Assembly: GCF_018977255.1 (NCBI RefSeq)
Contig: NW_024704743.1
Coordinates: 20,152,001-20,216,000, forward strand
Origin: Callorhinchus milii
Taxonomy: Eukaryota
DNA length: 64,000 bases
Direction: 5' to 3'
Shown here: in pieces, positions 1-14,448 of the stretch
How the letters are laid out: every line of letters begins with the position of its first letter
How positions within the stretch are numbered: the first letter of the stretch is position 1
Position numbers and translations under genes: made by a program
Notes under the pieces: model-generated
What the model was told of the DNA's origin: nothing
The model's database searches: none
The model's input: only the letters and a program-made list of their open reading frames with translations

Positions 1-2884
1 GGAAATATTTAAAGAATATAGGAAAGAACACGGGAATGGGATTTGAGTAGATATCTTAATTGGAGAGTGAGCAACAGTACAGACTGGTACAATGGGTTCA
101 ATGGCCCACTGTACTATGAACTGTAAATCTAGGACGACTCCATTAATAATGTACAAATTGGCATAGTGACAGTGTAGAGCAAAGAGTAATGCAATCTTTT
201 AACATGCTACAAATTCGTTTGGAACAATAACCCAGAATGAGTCTTGGACTTCAGGAGATGATGAAGAAGGGGAGATTTTTTTAAAGTGCGAATTTATAAT
301 TTGTGTCACTTGCCTGGGAAATTAAACCACACCCCACTTGTGGTGAATTGCAGTATGTGGAAGGGAGGATCGTCACTGTGAGGGCCTTGCTGAGATTCCT
401 TAATGTGAAGTATAAAGTATGGTAGTGTTTAAAGTATGGGGAACCCTTTTCTAATGCTTTTCAATATAGCACTGCCTCACTTATAAGACCCTGAGATTAC
501 GTGATGTAAAAGCATGAAAATCCTGTTATTAGGTGATTAGTGCTAGTAGGTTAGGTTGTGCAACAAGGGATTGCACAGTGTAACCTCCTGGCACTGGTGG
601 GTTAGATTGTGATCGCACGAATAGCAGTATATATGAGATCTGCCAGCTAGCTTGATGAAGTCATGCACAACGTGCCTCAGTGCTGTTTCTGTTGCAGTTA
701 AAAAAAACACAGAAGTACTGATTAATAGTGGCAATTTAGCGCCCTATCTTAAAACCTGAATTGTAATTTTCTGGGAAAATTTGCCTTTTTCAAATGTTAT
801 TTCAAGTGTTATTTTACAACTTCTGATACACATGTGATAAAAAAAACCTTAAAGACAACAACTTGCATTTATATAGTGCTCTTGAAGTTGGGTAACATCT
901 CAGAGAGCTTAACGTGGCTGAGCCTGAGACGAGTCAGAGAGAGGTGAGGGTACCATTTGAAGATGAGCAAGATGGGAGAAGGGGAGGAAACATTGTTTTG
1001 TAACCTGCTTTATTACTGCAAACCTATTTCAGGAAGTTAATAATACAGCTTTAAGAATGCTAGTTTCCTTTTACATAGATTTATTACATTGGATAATCAG
1101 GGCATTTAATTACCAGGTCTTCATTTTTTGTTTAAAAAAATACAAAAATGATTACTGAAGATAAAAGCTGTGACAAGTGGTAAGACATTATCATTAATTG
1201 TTTGGAGATATGCTGGAGGTATTGTTTTGTCACCGATGCCACTCAGTGTGGTGGACACAAATTCACAAATAATTGTCCTATTCCTTGTGCGCACTACAGT
1301 GTTTTTTGTCAAACACATACAAACAAATAAATAATCCTCACATTTGATATAGCACCTCTTGCTTTGGGAGTAAGTCTTTTAGTGTTTCACAGGATTTACT
1401 GGAAAGTGCAATGACTCTTTAGGCAAATGCAGCAGCCAATTTCGGCATAACATTGTTCTGCAAAATATTGCCAAATATTTGATACCAAATATTGCTTTCT
1501 TCTGTTCCAAGCCTGTCCATGTTTTTGGCTGTTCTTCTCGGTTCTATCCTTTTATTGTCTCTCTAAAAGTACTGTTATTCAATGGCTTTTGTATGGCGGC
1601 ATATGGATCTTAGATTTTGTTAGAATCCATCTTAAACTTCAAGTACCTTTTAAGATATGTATTGTAAAATAACTATAGTCAAATATGGAAAATAAGTAGT
1701 GGCAATTTAGTAGTACATAGACTTGTGAATTAGACCTATAATTTATGTTTAGGAAATATTGTCAACATCTCGGTAGCTTTATATTTTGGTATTACACCTT
1801 TTATTTTGTGTCCTTTACATTTATCCCTGTATATGACATTGGTGTTGTATTTTAGTCGTTGAGGTACTTCCTAGCACTTCAGCAAAGCATTTTAAACTAT
1901 ATCAGCTTCCAATGGATAAAATCCCACTATGTGTTTAGTTTCTCAGTTCTCTCTTTAAACAAAACTTTTTCAGTAATTTGTATTGAAATCTTACAGAAGC
2001 TTGCTGCCTCAACTTATTTTATAACAGTTGCTTATTTTACTGTTGTAATTGTCTATTGTTTTGTCATCCAAATTACCAAGCTTACATTTTTCAAAAATAT
2101 GAATTCTCATTTCATTATTGCCAAAAGAGTGATTTTGCCATGTTTAATCTTAGAAATCTCATCAGGTACTGTGCAGATTGTATAATGCAGTATGTTCTGA
2201 GAAACAACTCATTAAAGTCTTACTAATTGACATTTTACATGAAAATAATCAGTGGTGGTTCAAATGCATAAAACAAAAACACAATGCACAATTTTCCATA
2301 ATAAAAATTATGCAAACTAAATGGAAATTCCCATATATTTGAATGGAATGCCCACTCTTTCCCTGGAGGGGATGCATCTTGTTTACCTAATGCCAGAAAG
2401 TATGATGCATGTTGGCAAGAGCCAAGGTTTGGGGAGCCCAGAGGGTGCATTGGGGTACTGGTGAAATATAACCAGCTAAAACTATATAGCTTGCTATTGA
2501 AACCACTATCTGGCAAGCTTCCCCGCTGCTTGTCCAGTTAGGACTTTCATTTGTAGGGTTAATGGGCACTGAGTGAGAAGACACCTTTCTGATTTCAGCT
2601 GATGAGCCGGGCAGCCATGCCTCGGAGTACTGCAGACTCTCTTGGCTCAGGAACCAGACTATTGAGATCACCTCAGAGGGTTGACTCAATTCCGACAATC
2701 CATTGCTAAGTCTGTCATCTTTCAGCTACAAGGAGATCTTGCTTACTTGCTTACCATGAGGGTAGTATTGTATCCTCAGATATCATTTGTATTTTTTGGG
2801 GGGAAAAAGCTATGAATTTTTTCCAGATGTTTGGATTACGTTTTAAGGGCATTAGAATCCTTCCTGCATGTTGCAGCACTGTAA

Positions 2885-3200
2885 AAGTTGGCAGGCTATT
2901 GAACCAAGGGAGGGGCATCACAGCCGAGTTTGATCTTGTCCATACATGTGAACCTTCCTGTAGGAATCATTCAACAATGATCAGGAATGGGAACTGTGCC
3001 ATATCTCTTTGTTTCTCTCTCTGCTTTCCCCTTTACCCAATCTAGTCATGACCAGGAATAACTGCTATGCTCCATCTGGAAAAAATTAGTCTTCCTAATG
3101 GAATAAGCTAACTTAATACATGATCAGGGATTGAATTTTGACCTTTTTCGTTTGATAACTGTGCCACATCACCAATTAAATTGTTACCTGAGGTAGCAGA
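2885..3200 (-). mobile_element. Degraded AmnSINE2-like ancient SINE
   Basis: The + strand string ggcaggctattgaacc...ggggcatcacagccgag...gatcagga is the reverse complement of blocks in the copy at 40.3-40.6 kb. Confidence 0.45.
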
Positions 3201-3339
3201 AACCTTTAGAAAAAAAGGTTTCTGCTGAGACTAAGATTTTATATCTTGTATCTGTACCAGTTCTCAAATAAAAGTCGTTGAGGGTTGTTGTTTTCTATTT
3301 AACAGTTTGAAACACAACGTCTATACACAACGTCCAGCT

Positions 3340-3720
3340 GATATAAAACTCTGCTGCCCCTACCCTTGCCCGAACCAAACTCTGCATGCCTAATCTTCAC
3401 CAGACTCCACTGACTCCCTGTCCCCAAAGTAGACTTGGCGATTCTTGACGTTGCATACAAATCCCTATACGCCCTAGCACCTCCCCACCTCTTTGACTTG
3501 CTCTACCTGACTCCTGCTCGCCTCCTGCGTTTAGCTAACATGTCTGCTGTACCAACCATCCTGCGCCACTATTTGTGGCTGTGCCTTCTGCCACTCTGCT
3601 CCTAATTTTGGAATTGCATGTCTCAATCCTCCCACTTCTCCCCCTCTTTATCTTTTAAATTTCTTCTGAAAACCCTACCTTTTCAACCATGCCTACGGTA
3701 ACACCCTTCCCCACGGCATC
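3340..3720 (+). mobile_element. Old L2 LINE 3' fragment
   Basis: Degenerate version of the ARLHWLP...FK.L.L..K...LAP.YL segment seen intact at 15029..15757. Confidence 0.65.
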
Positions 3721-5431
3721 CAACCTCTCCACTTATTAACAAGTATAATCCTTTCATTTGGTATAATGCCTTATGTGTCAGGAGAATGTCTTAAAAGCAC
3801 TTCACAGGATATACTGTAAAATGTAGAGCCTGTATTTTGTAGGGGCACACACCTTTTAACAGTGCAGCAACAGCGTCAGCCTAGATTATGAGTTCAAAGT
3901 CCTGATGTGCGACTTGAGCCCATAGCCTTCTACTTGGAGGCGAGAGTGATACCAGCTGTGTTAGGCAGACAACCTGGAAATGACACATTATAATTTTGTT
4001 CAGTGTGTAATTGGTAGTTCTTTTTCACCACTCTTTTGCCTTTGCAGAGAATAATGGATTTAAAAAGAAGTTTTGAGAATGTAAAACACTTTAGTTTTAC
4101 GTGTTGTAAGGTGATACTTGCTGATTTATGTATAATATAAAAACTAGTTACATTCCAATTGTATATAAACTTTATAAAGTTATGGACTACTCATCTGCTT
4201 GATGGTAGACAATGAATGTGTATTCTTAGTATTGTTGTCTTGGTTTGATCAGAATTAAATTTGATTTGACCTTGTTTTACTCAATTTAAATTGTATTGTC
4301 TTGTTCTGTTTGGGATGGAAGTGATTTGGGAATTTAAAATGGGTCATTAAGTAGTTCTATAACAATCTTTGAATTTGATATAGTATCTTTGTTCTCAAAG
4401 TGCTTCAGAGTTGTTTGTAGCAAATGTGACAGCCAATCTGGGCATTGCAATGTCCCACAAACGCCCAGATGGTGAATTACTCATTTAATTGGAGAATAAC
4501 AATAATTAATATAAATCCTACATTTGAAAAACATATTTTGTGTTGCAAAACGCTTCACAGGGTATACTGTAAAGTAGTGACTGTATTTTGTGGGAAAATG
4601 CAGTTACCAAATTTGCAGCCAACAATATTCCATAAACAACCATGAAGTGAATTTTATTTGGAGTATCATTGTCCAGGACACTGGGAGAAATTCCCTTCTC
4701 TTTTCATGTTTTTTTTAATGTCCACCTGAACTGAGACCTCGGTTAAACATGTGTACAAAATTTCAGTGTAATAATTAAATGTATAAGAGAAAAGGTTCAC
4801 TTGAAAATGAAATCCATCACTTGAAATTAGTTATGAGAAATAGAGGTATTAAAAGTAGTGAAACATAATCGCTTAAGAAAAGGTTAATATGAAGGTTAAT
4901 ATTTGGACTTAAATGCAGTTTTTAAAGAGTTAGTGATTAAAGTGATTAGTGTACAGTGGGCCATTCTCGATTTGTTTATGTGTAGTAGTTAACATTGCAG
5001 GAGGGGGATGGTGTTAAGAAATTTGAACCATCTGTATGATTGTCAGGAATGCTGAGCTATAAGGTTCTTTGTTGGTCTTTCACTAGTGTTTCCCACATGT
5101 CTTTGGAACAGTGCCAGTTTGCAGCACAGTGTATTTAATGTGTCATCCTTTTGGACTATTGGTTTAGAAACCCCACAAGGCGAGGAACTGACGCATGCCA
5201 AGCTTTTGAATCAATGGCATTCAGCTCGAGTATTGGGATCCCCAAATGTTTGGTTGATGAATGTGAATGTAATGCAATATACCGCAAATACATCATTTAC
5301 TACAACATAGAAGATTGTTTTTCTTAAGATTATTATGAAAGAATAGTATTGTTTTACACATCACAAAAAAAATCTGAACTGTGTGACTTTGTGGAATTTT
5401 ATAATGCGTGTTTTGTTTTGGTTATGTGCAG

Positions 5432-5541
5432 GTTGGGCCCATGTGGTTTGTGCACTTTATATTCCAGAGGTGCAGTTTGCAAATGTTACTACAATGGAAC
5501 CCATTGTACTACAGTACGTTCCTCATGAACGCTTCAACAAG
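5432..5541 (+). CDS. MLLT10: MLLT10 coding exon, 110 nt (PZP: GWAHVVCALYIPEVQFANVTTMEPIVLQYVPHERFNK)
   Basis: Acceptor tgtgcag|G, donor AAG|gtaaat; phase 1 to 0; not in the ORF track. Confidence 0.96.
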
Positions 5542-8500
5542 GTAAATTATTAAACCCAAACCAAAATAATACTATTTATCGGGTAGTTCATAGTAAGTGT
5601 TCGTATATACACCTCCAGCTAGGTAGTTTCAGGATTGAGGGTCTGGGATTCCCATGACTAATTTACCTGGTGTAGTTGGAATGACTTGCCAGACAACTAG
5701 CCAAAGTGCTTTTCAGAAGCAGAATGTTGCGCCTTGTTTTATCTGGTATAATGTTAGAATATTTTTTTGATATAATTTGAAGTTCTTCCAAATCTGACTT
5801 ATTTGTGCTGATGAGTGGAATTCCTGTTGGTTTATCGCAACAGTTCAGTGAGTATTATGGCCTGGAATGCTCAAAGAAGCTGCATGTAATAAGAGGGGCC
5901 TTTGCAAAGGAAGGGAATAAGACTGTCAGGAAATTCCAAATGATTACTTTTAATTTTTATATTAAATGTCATTTGTATTTGTGCAGCACAGAATAGCAGT
6001 CAATAAACTAGGATAACAGAGTCTGGAGAAAGTATTAGCAAAGTTAATCTCTGCAAAGTTATTGAAATGGGTTGGATTCACCGGAAATATCACACAAAAG
6101 AGCAAGAGGCAGTAAGAATTTTGTGATTCCTTATTAATTGAAAATAATCTGCGGCAGAACTTCTTTTGAGTAACATTCTTGTTTGAAGTTCTCCCAGAGA
6201 AAGTTCTAGTGGCCCATTGGGCCTCTTTCACATTTGAAATGCAAGTTTTATTGTGGCTTTTAATTTGCCAATAGCCCCTTTGCATGGATGGGAAAATCTT
6301 CTCAGTTCTGATATTTCTTCCTGCATTATAATAACCACTAGTTGCAATAAAACCAGAAATACAGTATAATGGAACTCCATTTTACATATTCCAATTATGT
6401 TAAATTATACCTGATCATTTTTGTTGCATCACTCTAGCCCTAGTGCCCAATGATAGCTTCAAAAATATACAGGTAACAATTCTGTTGACCAGTATTAAAA
6501 TAATATGCAGAGAATAATAAGAATCTGGAATGCACTGCCCAGAAAGCTATATATGAGAAATCAGTCGAGGGATTTAAGAGAGATACTTGAAGTAATATAT
6601 TAATGAACATGTCAGGGAAGTCGGATTAGGAGAGCTTTGTAGTTTATGAAGCTATCCAGTAGTGTATGGCAGAGTATAGTCTGTTGCATGTTCCTAATTT
6701 TCTGTTTCCATCCATACATTCCCAGTATAAAGTGAAACTTCAACTGCATAAATCTTAATGTTCACCAGAAACATAAAAGTAATGATAAAACAATCTGCTT
6801 TGCTTAGAAAGACCATGCTATATTCTGCAAATATAAAGTTGAATCAAATAGTTAAGCTTTTGGTTCTTTTATAATACTGAAATTTGAGCTTTTGAACAAA
6901 AATGCATTAATACTTATTAACTAAAAAGCTGTTTTCATTTTTTTAAAAAAAAGTAAAGTGGGATGTTAGTGGCTTTATATTCATTGTCTTGGATTCCGAA
7001 ACAAACTTCTAATGTACTGTAAATATGTACAGTACATTAATAAAAATATATTTTCTTGACTATCCATCAATTTCAATTATTCATTGGGGGGCCTCTCTCT
7101 TGTGTGGATAATTGAGTTAATGTATTGCTCATACTTCATTCTATACTTTTTGTGAAAATAACCCTGTATATTTTATTTTTGTGATTTATGCATGTATTTC
7201 TGTTTTGCTAAAATAGAAATGTTTGGTAGCATGAAATTATTTATTTTTTGTTAAGCATATCTTGTTTAGAAAATAGTGATTTCCAATTGGTTGACTAAGA
7301 TCTATTAGCTGATTTTTTTTTAACCTTTTGTTGGTAACAAGCCATTATAATGTCTGCATGCAAAAGCTGTTTTCTAAATCTTCCACCATTTGTTTACTTA
7401 GCAAAGTTAATATATTGGAGCAATTTAGTGTTCATATTTTAAACAGCATGACCATTTCCAGGCATAATCTTTAAAAAGTACTGAAATATATTTTTGCAAA
7501 GCCATACTTGGAAAGAACTGTGCAGGCTGACGTATTGTTGCTAGGCTTAGGGATTCTGACCCGTAGTATAAACAGAAAAATTGCCAAGACTTGACAGTCT
7601 CAGCGTACTTCAGAGCTACTTCTCTTTGAAGTGATTCTGCCATAATCTGTTGTACAAATGCAGTGAATGCATGCAGTGCCAAAAGTAGTCCAGGTTTATT
7701 TGCCGAAGGGTCAGCATTGCGGATTGATAAAGATCAGAGAATTGAAAATAAGTGGCATTTTTCATTCATTATACTATTTTTAAAAATTTAAATTAAATTT
7801 TAAGTGCTTTGAGAAGCTACTCCACGTGAAGGGTGCTATTATAAATGTAAGTTGTTGCTGTGGTTTATGTAAATGAAGCCACGAGGGTTTGTAGCTGGAA
7901 TTTAGTCCATTCACAAAAAATTTCACTCGCCAGGCAAATTTTGCACCATGGATTGGATTTCTTCACAGTATATGCTTTGAATTTTAAAAAAAAGAAATTG
8001 CAACAGAAAATTTGTTGGGGTTGCTATTTAACTTCAGGCATCATTAATTCTAGTTCTACTACAGAACCATAGGCTTTTCAGGCCATTGTCTGTGCTGGTT
8101 CTTTGACAAACCAATCTATTCTGTTCTGTTTATGTGTCTTTTCACCATACTATTGCAAATTATTCTTTTTCTAGATATTTTAGATCCCTCTTGAAAGCTA
8201 ACGTGGACTCCACCTTGCCCACCATACTTGGTATGGCATTCCACATCTTAACAATTCTAAAATGAATCTTCTTAATCTCCCATCTTTCTGTCCTTGCTTT
8301 GAACAATATTTGAATAATTTCATGTTGCCACCAGAAATATTGAATATTAAAACTGAAGTTTGTATAGATATTTAGCAGGGATACATTTGATTTATTTGAT
8401 ATATTGATTTAAATTTATAAAATGGTTGTAGATATACTACAGTAGGAAGCTTGCTTCAGCCTATCCTGTAAAAAGCTGACATTTTCAAAATGGTACATAT

Positions 8501-10529
8501 GAGTAATCTCATAAGATTTTTAAATAATTTAATGCAAGCTGTTGACATTCAGTTGCACTTTGAAAATTCTGAAAAATATTTTGGATATGCCTCTCTCAAA
8601 TTTTTTTTAAAAACCAACTGGTATTCTGTCCATTTGCAGTGTGACATCTGTAGTTCTGGACAATATGGCAAAATGACTGTTTAATTTGCTGTCAGGAGAT
8701 GAATCTTCATCACAGGACTCTAATCACTGTAAAATTTAATTTAGCAACTAACTACAATATTGAGTGAGTAACAGTAGGAACAATCCCCTATCCCCATTTT
8801 ACATCTGAAATCTACCTGCTACATTCTGGCAGAGATGGTGATTGACCTCCCGGGCTCTGCTGATGGCAGTTTTTGAGCTGGTGTGCAGGATGACTAACAT
8901 TTTTGATGTGTTCGTTTCTCTGTATGAAAACTGCTTGGTTTCCACACACTCCAATGTATTTCTGAAGAAGTATAGCATTGTTAGTGGTGCTGTTGTTTGA
9001 TGATGCATTAAAATTGCTGTCGGGAACAATTTGCCTGTTATGGTAGCTCAAACGGATGTTAAAGATCCCCAGACAATATTTAGAATTTTGGTGTAGCCAT
9101 TATTTCCCCATTCAAATTTCACCAAATAAGATTAGTTGTTCACCTCATTGCTGTGTATGGGACCACATAGATAATATCTTTGCATTTGACATTATATTGA
9201 AACATCTCAAAATACTTCAGAATTTTTCTGTAAAATGCAGTGACTGAATATTATAGGAGAACACAGCAACCAATTTGTACACAGTGTTCCACAAACAACC
9301 ATGAAGCGAATGCGCATGTTTTTTTTATCTGGAGGATTGTTGGCCAGGCCCCTGGGAGAAATCTTTCTATTTTCAAATAGTAGCACATGAGACCTCGGTT
9401 TAACACCTCATCTGAAGTATGGCACTTCCAACAACAGCAATAATAATCCTTACATTTAATAGTGTCTCAAAGCGCTTCACAGAATACATTGTAAAGACTG
9501 TGTGTATTTTATGGGCAAAATGCAATGCAGTGCTTTCCCAGCTCTGCCACTGTCAAGCGGTCTACCCTGCGTGAGGGATGCTATATAAATGCAAGTTGTT
9601 GTCTCCAAACTGCTTAGACAATAAGCTCAAAGTCCGAATCAGAAGGTTGTCAGAATCAGAAGGTACAAGTGCTACCAACTGAGGCAGGCCTTAGTTGCAT
9701 ACATAAATTGTTCTATAATTACAGTAAATACAGTTTAACAATCCCATGAGGGTATCCTTGGAGTCTGGATGACAATAATTGGCATCTGACCCGACAGACC
9801 ACTGTAAAGATCTATCTGTATCGAGGTTAGAAAACCTGGCAGAGGATGTTGAGTAGATTGAAGTTCTTAATGAGCCAGTCCACTGTGAGGAAGTGGCCTT
9901 TGCACTGTCACCTTGCTAATAGTAAGGCTGTAGGTACAGACAACAACAACAAATTGCAGACGGTTATAAAGTTGAGTTTCTAAAAGCCGCTCTAAGGGAA
10001 GGGGTTGGAGAATGGTGAGTGTTTTATATTCAATGTCATAAATCCCTGTAAGGAACCACTGAATCACCTAGGTGTTGCACTTAGGTGCCCGTAAGCATGG
10101 TTGAAGAGGAAGGTTTTCAGGCAGCATTTGAAAAAGGGGAGAGAGAGGGGGCCGGAGAAATTGAGGGAGAAGTTCCAGCTACATGGAGAGAGGGTACTGG
10201 CTGACCTGTCAATGAAACTGTAGGCGGTGGAGGTTGCTTTGGGTGGGGCACCTTTTTACCACGGCCACTTACATGAGGACCTGTGTTAAGCAGTTGGGAG
10301 TGAGTAAGCCTGGTATGTGCTTGGTACATGGCATTGGATTTGGTCTTCTAGAACATGAAGGTGGCTGGCATGTCACATTTGCCCTGTCACAATTCCTGAT
10401 GTCCATCGAATAGTTGATGAGGAAACTGATACTTAGGACAGCTGCTGCAGGGTTGTACCTGGTGTCTGGGTTTGTGAACAAGCTTAATGCTTACCTTGTG
10501 GTTTGTAGAGAAGTGCTTTTCAGCTGCCA

Positions 10530-10569
10530 CTGTGTGTGTGTGTGTGTGTGTGTGTGTATGGGGGGGGGG
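10530..10569. repeat. (TG)n microsatellite followed by a G run
   Basis: tgtgtg... about 13-14 units, then gggggggggg. Confidence 0.95.
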
Positions 10570-10949
10570 ACGAGGTGTCTCGGCTGTATTCAGGAGGATG
10601 GTGGAGATACATCTGCGTATTTTATGCCGAGTTGTGGTTCTCACCGTGTTGCTTGGGAGGAGTTCCTGGTACATAGATTTACACAGATTATTCAGCGCAG
10701 AAACTGCCCATTCGGCCCAACTAGTCCTTGCCACTGTTATATTCCACACATGTCACATAGCACTTCACGGGTAATTGCTGGTAAGTATAGATTCTCTGTA
10801 TTTGTTGGCAGACTCAGCAATTTTCACAGTGAGATCTTGCAAACATCCCTAATGTGTCTGACCAATTTATCTGAATGATTGGCTAGAATACAGGGATGGA
10901 ATCTTGGAATATTGTCCTGGGATCTCCATATATAATATATATCTGTATG

Positions 10950-11325
10950 GAATACTCTTCCTGTCAGAAAGTTGTGGGTTCAAGCTAATACATAGTCTTA
11001 AGATGACCCCCAATGCAGTCTGTTGCATTTTCGGACTTGCCGTCCTTTGGATGAGAAGTTAAACCGAGGTCCTGTCTGTCTATTCAGGTTGATGTTAAAG
11101 ATCCCGTGGCACTATTCACAAAAAGAAGGGAGTTTCTCCCGGTGCCCTGGCCAATAAATCCCACAACCACCCCCCCCACAAAACATGGCTGTTTGTGGGA
11201 CATTACTGTGCACAAACATGCTGCTCTGTTTTGCCCACAAAATACACAGTCAATCCATTTTACAATATATTCTGTGAAGTGCTTTGAGACGTCTCAACGA
11301 TGTGATACGGCATCGTTCAAATGAA
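10950..11325 (+). mobile_element. Deu-type SINE (SacSINE1/AmnSINE1-like)
   Basis: gtcagaaagttgtgggttcaag head; ggatgagaagttaaaccgagg...gttaaagatcccgtggcactatt; tgtgggacattactgtgcacaaa; L2-like tail. Confidence 0.75.
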
Positions 11326-12345
11326 CGATAATTCTACAGGCAGATAGAACCTCAATTATTGTACAATGCAGTGCTTTGCCTCCCCTTCCCCACCGCACCA
11401 GTGCCAGCCTAGACTGACTTCAATTGGCGCTTAAATCCATAACATAGAAAATAAAAGTTCATTATTTTTCAGATCTTCATCCCATTTTCCATTGAGTCAT
11501 TAATTTAGATCCTAACTACCTTGACATTTGGATAGATATTAAGATGGATATCACACAACTTTTCAAAGAAATTCTAGTTCTAATTTTTAGATTTCCATTC
11601 TAGTTTGTATTTTAAACTGACCTGACCAATGTAGGGAAAAAAATGGTTGAATCAGAAACGCTTTTTAACTTAATTGAGATGTTCCAAATAGTAACCGGGA
11701 TGGCTTAGTGGATGCATGCACTGCTTGGTTTGATCCAGAACCATACAAACTAGTAAGGTTCTACATTCAATTTCTAGTTCGTACTGCACTTGTTGGTCTG
11801 AAAAATAGGTGTACGAAGGTTGACCTCAACACTTAGGGCTAGGGAGGTGGACATCTCAGCCAGAGATCCCACTTTCATCTGTTGTCCAGTAACCCATAAT
11901 GCTGTGGGATTGAGCTCAATTGTGATTTTATTCAAATAATCCTTGCATTTGATGTAGGGTCTTATCACATCTCCGAGATGTCTCAAAGCGCTTCACAGAA
12001 TATACTGTGAAGTGACTTGACTATATTTTGTGGATGAAATAGTTAAACAGTTTGTTCAGACTTTTGACTAGGCTTCTTTATAAATAATTGTCTCTTGGTT
12101 TACAAGAGGGACCTTGAGTGAATGCACCTTCAGGATTGGAGGAAGAAAAGTGAAGCTTTTTGGGAGGAGGGGGGAAAAACACATTTTCAGTGTTTATTCC
12201 TATCATCAAAACTATAGTGTCACTTTAACATAGTCAACATCCAGGTTATGAAACAGAAGTATTTGATAATTTGGATAGTAATTATAATGTGAACCATAGA
12301 ATTTCCCAGCACATAATCGACCATTGGTCCCATTTTGATAGTGAT

Positions 12346-12650
12346 AGTCCTGTAGCTCAGTGGTTAGAGCACTCACCTCGCAAGCAGGAAACCTGGATTT
12401 GATTCCCAACAGCGAAATCTTGGGTAAGTTTCCTTACTCCACACGACTGATAATAATCCGTCAAGAAAAAAAAACCAATAATAAATTGGTCACTTCAATC
12501 CACAACTATTTGTGGGACATTGCTGTGTGCAATTGGCTGCTGCTTGTCGCCCACAAATAAGTCAATTCATTTTATATTATATCTGTGAAGCGCTTAGAGA
12601 CGTCTAGAAGATGTGAAAAGCGCTATGTCAAATGCAAGGATTATTATTAT
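12346..12650 (+). mobile_element. tRNA-derived SINE, short form
   Basis: A box tagctcagtgg and B box gatttgattcc; shared body; (tta)n tail. Confidence 0.9.
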
Positions 12651-13029
12651 TTGATTTTGTCTTTGCTGCCTTTCTGAAAGAATTATCTGCTTTGTCCCAC
12701 TACTATTTTACCCCATTTCCTTTGATATTTCTCTTTGTCAAATATTTCATCACTCTTAGAAGTCTCAATGAGAATTCTAGGTAGTGCATTCCACATCCTA
12801 ACAAAAACAATTTTAACCTTGCCCTTTGCTCTTATGGTAATTACCTTAAAACAGGGCGTTCCAACATTTTGGCTGCTGTAGGATGGGTTCCTTATTTGAG
12901 AAAGGTCCACGGGTCCCATCCAGACGACTGGTGATTTTAGCCAGTTCATGACCATTTCCAATATTCCAACATCCACTCCCTCCCTCCCTGGTGAACGTCC
13001 TCCTATAGCAGTGGCAGGAACTGGCGGTT

Positions 13030-13952
13030 GGGCTCCAGGATTACAGCTGTCCTCACAGACTGCTTGTCAGACATCAAGTCCTGGATGAGAGCTAACTTTC
13101 TCCAGTTGAATGACAAAAAGACCAAGGCCCTCCTCCTTGGTTCCTGTCAGCGCATCCATACTTCGGGCGCTGATAGCATCACCCTTCATGAATGCACTCA
13201 CGGAGCCAATACGGAAACTCGGCATCCTATTAGAACCTCAACTATCCTTCATTCCCCACATCCATACCATGAAGCATTCTGACTTTCACCACCTCGACAA
13301 CATTGCATGGCTCTGCCACTGTCTCACTGCAGGCCGCCAATAATAATAATAATCCTTGCATTTGATATAGCACTTTTCACATCTTCTTGATGTCTCAAAG
13401 GCTTCATAGAATATACTGTAAAGTGAATTGACTGTATATTTATGGGTGAAACGCGGCAGCCAATTGCGCACAGCAGTGTCCCACAAACAGTCATGGACTG
13501 AAAATGACCAATTTATTATTGTTTTGTTTTTTGGAGGTATTATTATTATTAGGCCAAGACCCTCAGCCATGCATTCATCACATCCAGGCTCAACTACACA
13601 AACTCCCTGCTTGTCAGCCTCCCTAACTCCCTCCACAGGCTGCAGATCACCCAGATGTCAGCAGCTTGTGCCCTCACCCACACCAGGCTCTGCAACCCTA
13701 TCACCCCCATCCTCGCCTGACTCCACTTGCTCCCCATCAGTCGGAGGATACAGTTCAAGTTCCCGGTCCTCACCTTTAAAGCCCTCCATGACCTTGCTCC
13801 TCCCTACCTCTGTGACCTCCTAACCCCCTACCAACCTGTCCGCTCAACGGGCTCTGGCCTGCTTCACGTCCCCAGCCCTGCCTGCCCCACCATTGCCGCG
13901 CATCCTCCTGACGTGAAAGGTGCTATACAAATGTCATTTGTTGTTGTTGTCT
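13030..13952 (+). mobile_element. L2 LINE 3' part, interrupted by an antisense SINE half
   Basis: Translates as DCLSDIKSWMRANFLQLN.KKT.ALL and RIQFKFPVLTFKALHDLAPPYL; ends in a gttgttgttgt tail. Confidence 0.85.
13341..13553 (-). mobile_element. tRNA-derived SINE, 3' half (short form), inserted in L2
   Basis: Reverse complement of the 23930-24124 part of the SINE; starts with taataataataatccttgcatttgatatag. Confidence 0.88.
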
Positions 13953-14448
13953 CAGAGCGCTTAAGAACATAAGGTTTTACTAGGCGAAAGAAGACCAAGG
14001 TCCATCCAGTTTGCCTTCCACCATCCTGGCAATCGCTTGATGTGTTGTGTTCCAAGTATATATTTGTATCCTCAAGGCTCGACTATGGAATATCCCTCCT
14101 TATTGGCCTCCCCAACTCTTCTCTCCACAAGCTACAGATCATCCAGACATCTGCAGCTCGTGTACTCTCCCATACCAGGCTCCGTGACCCCATCACCCCC
14201 ACTATCGCCCGACTCCCAATCCCTCAGAGGATAGAATTCAAAATGCTCATCTTCACTTTCAAGGTCCTCCATGGCCTTGTCTCCCGCCCGACCCGCCCTA
14301 CTGTTGGCGTCCGGGCTTTCAGCCTCTCTGTACCCACCCTTTGAAACTCCATCCCACAATCCCTTTGCCTTGCTCCCTCGCCTCCTTCAAGGTGTGACTC
14401 AAGACCCTCCTTTTCGACTGTGCAATCAGCCACCCTCCTACCTCTCTA

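Noticed and set aside
10280..10800. Overlapping 95-154 aa ORFs around the (TG)n repeat
   Set aside because: No recognisable domain or splice context. Possibly a decayed LINE end, but I cannot support a family call.
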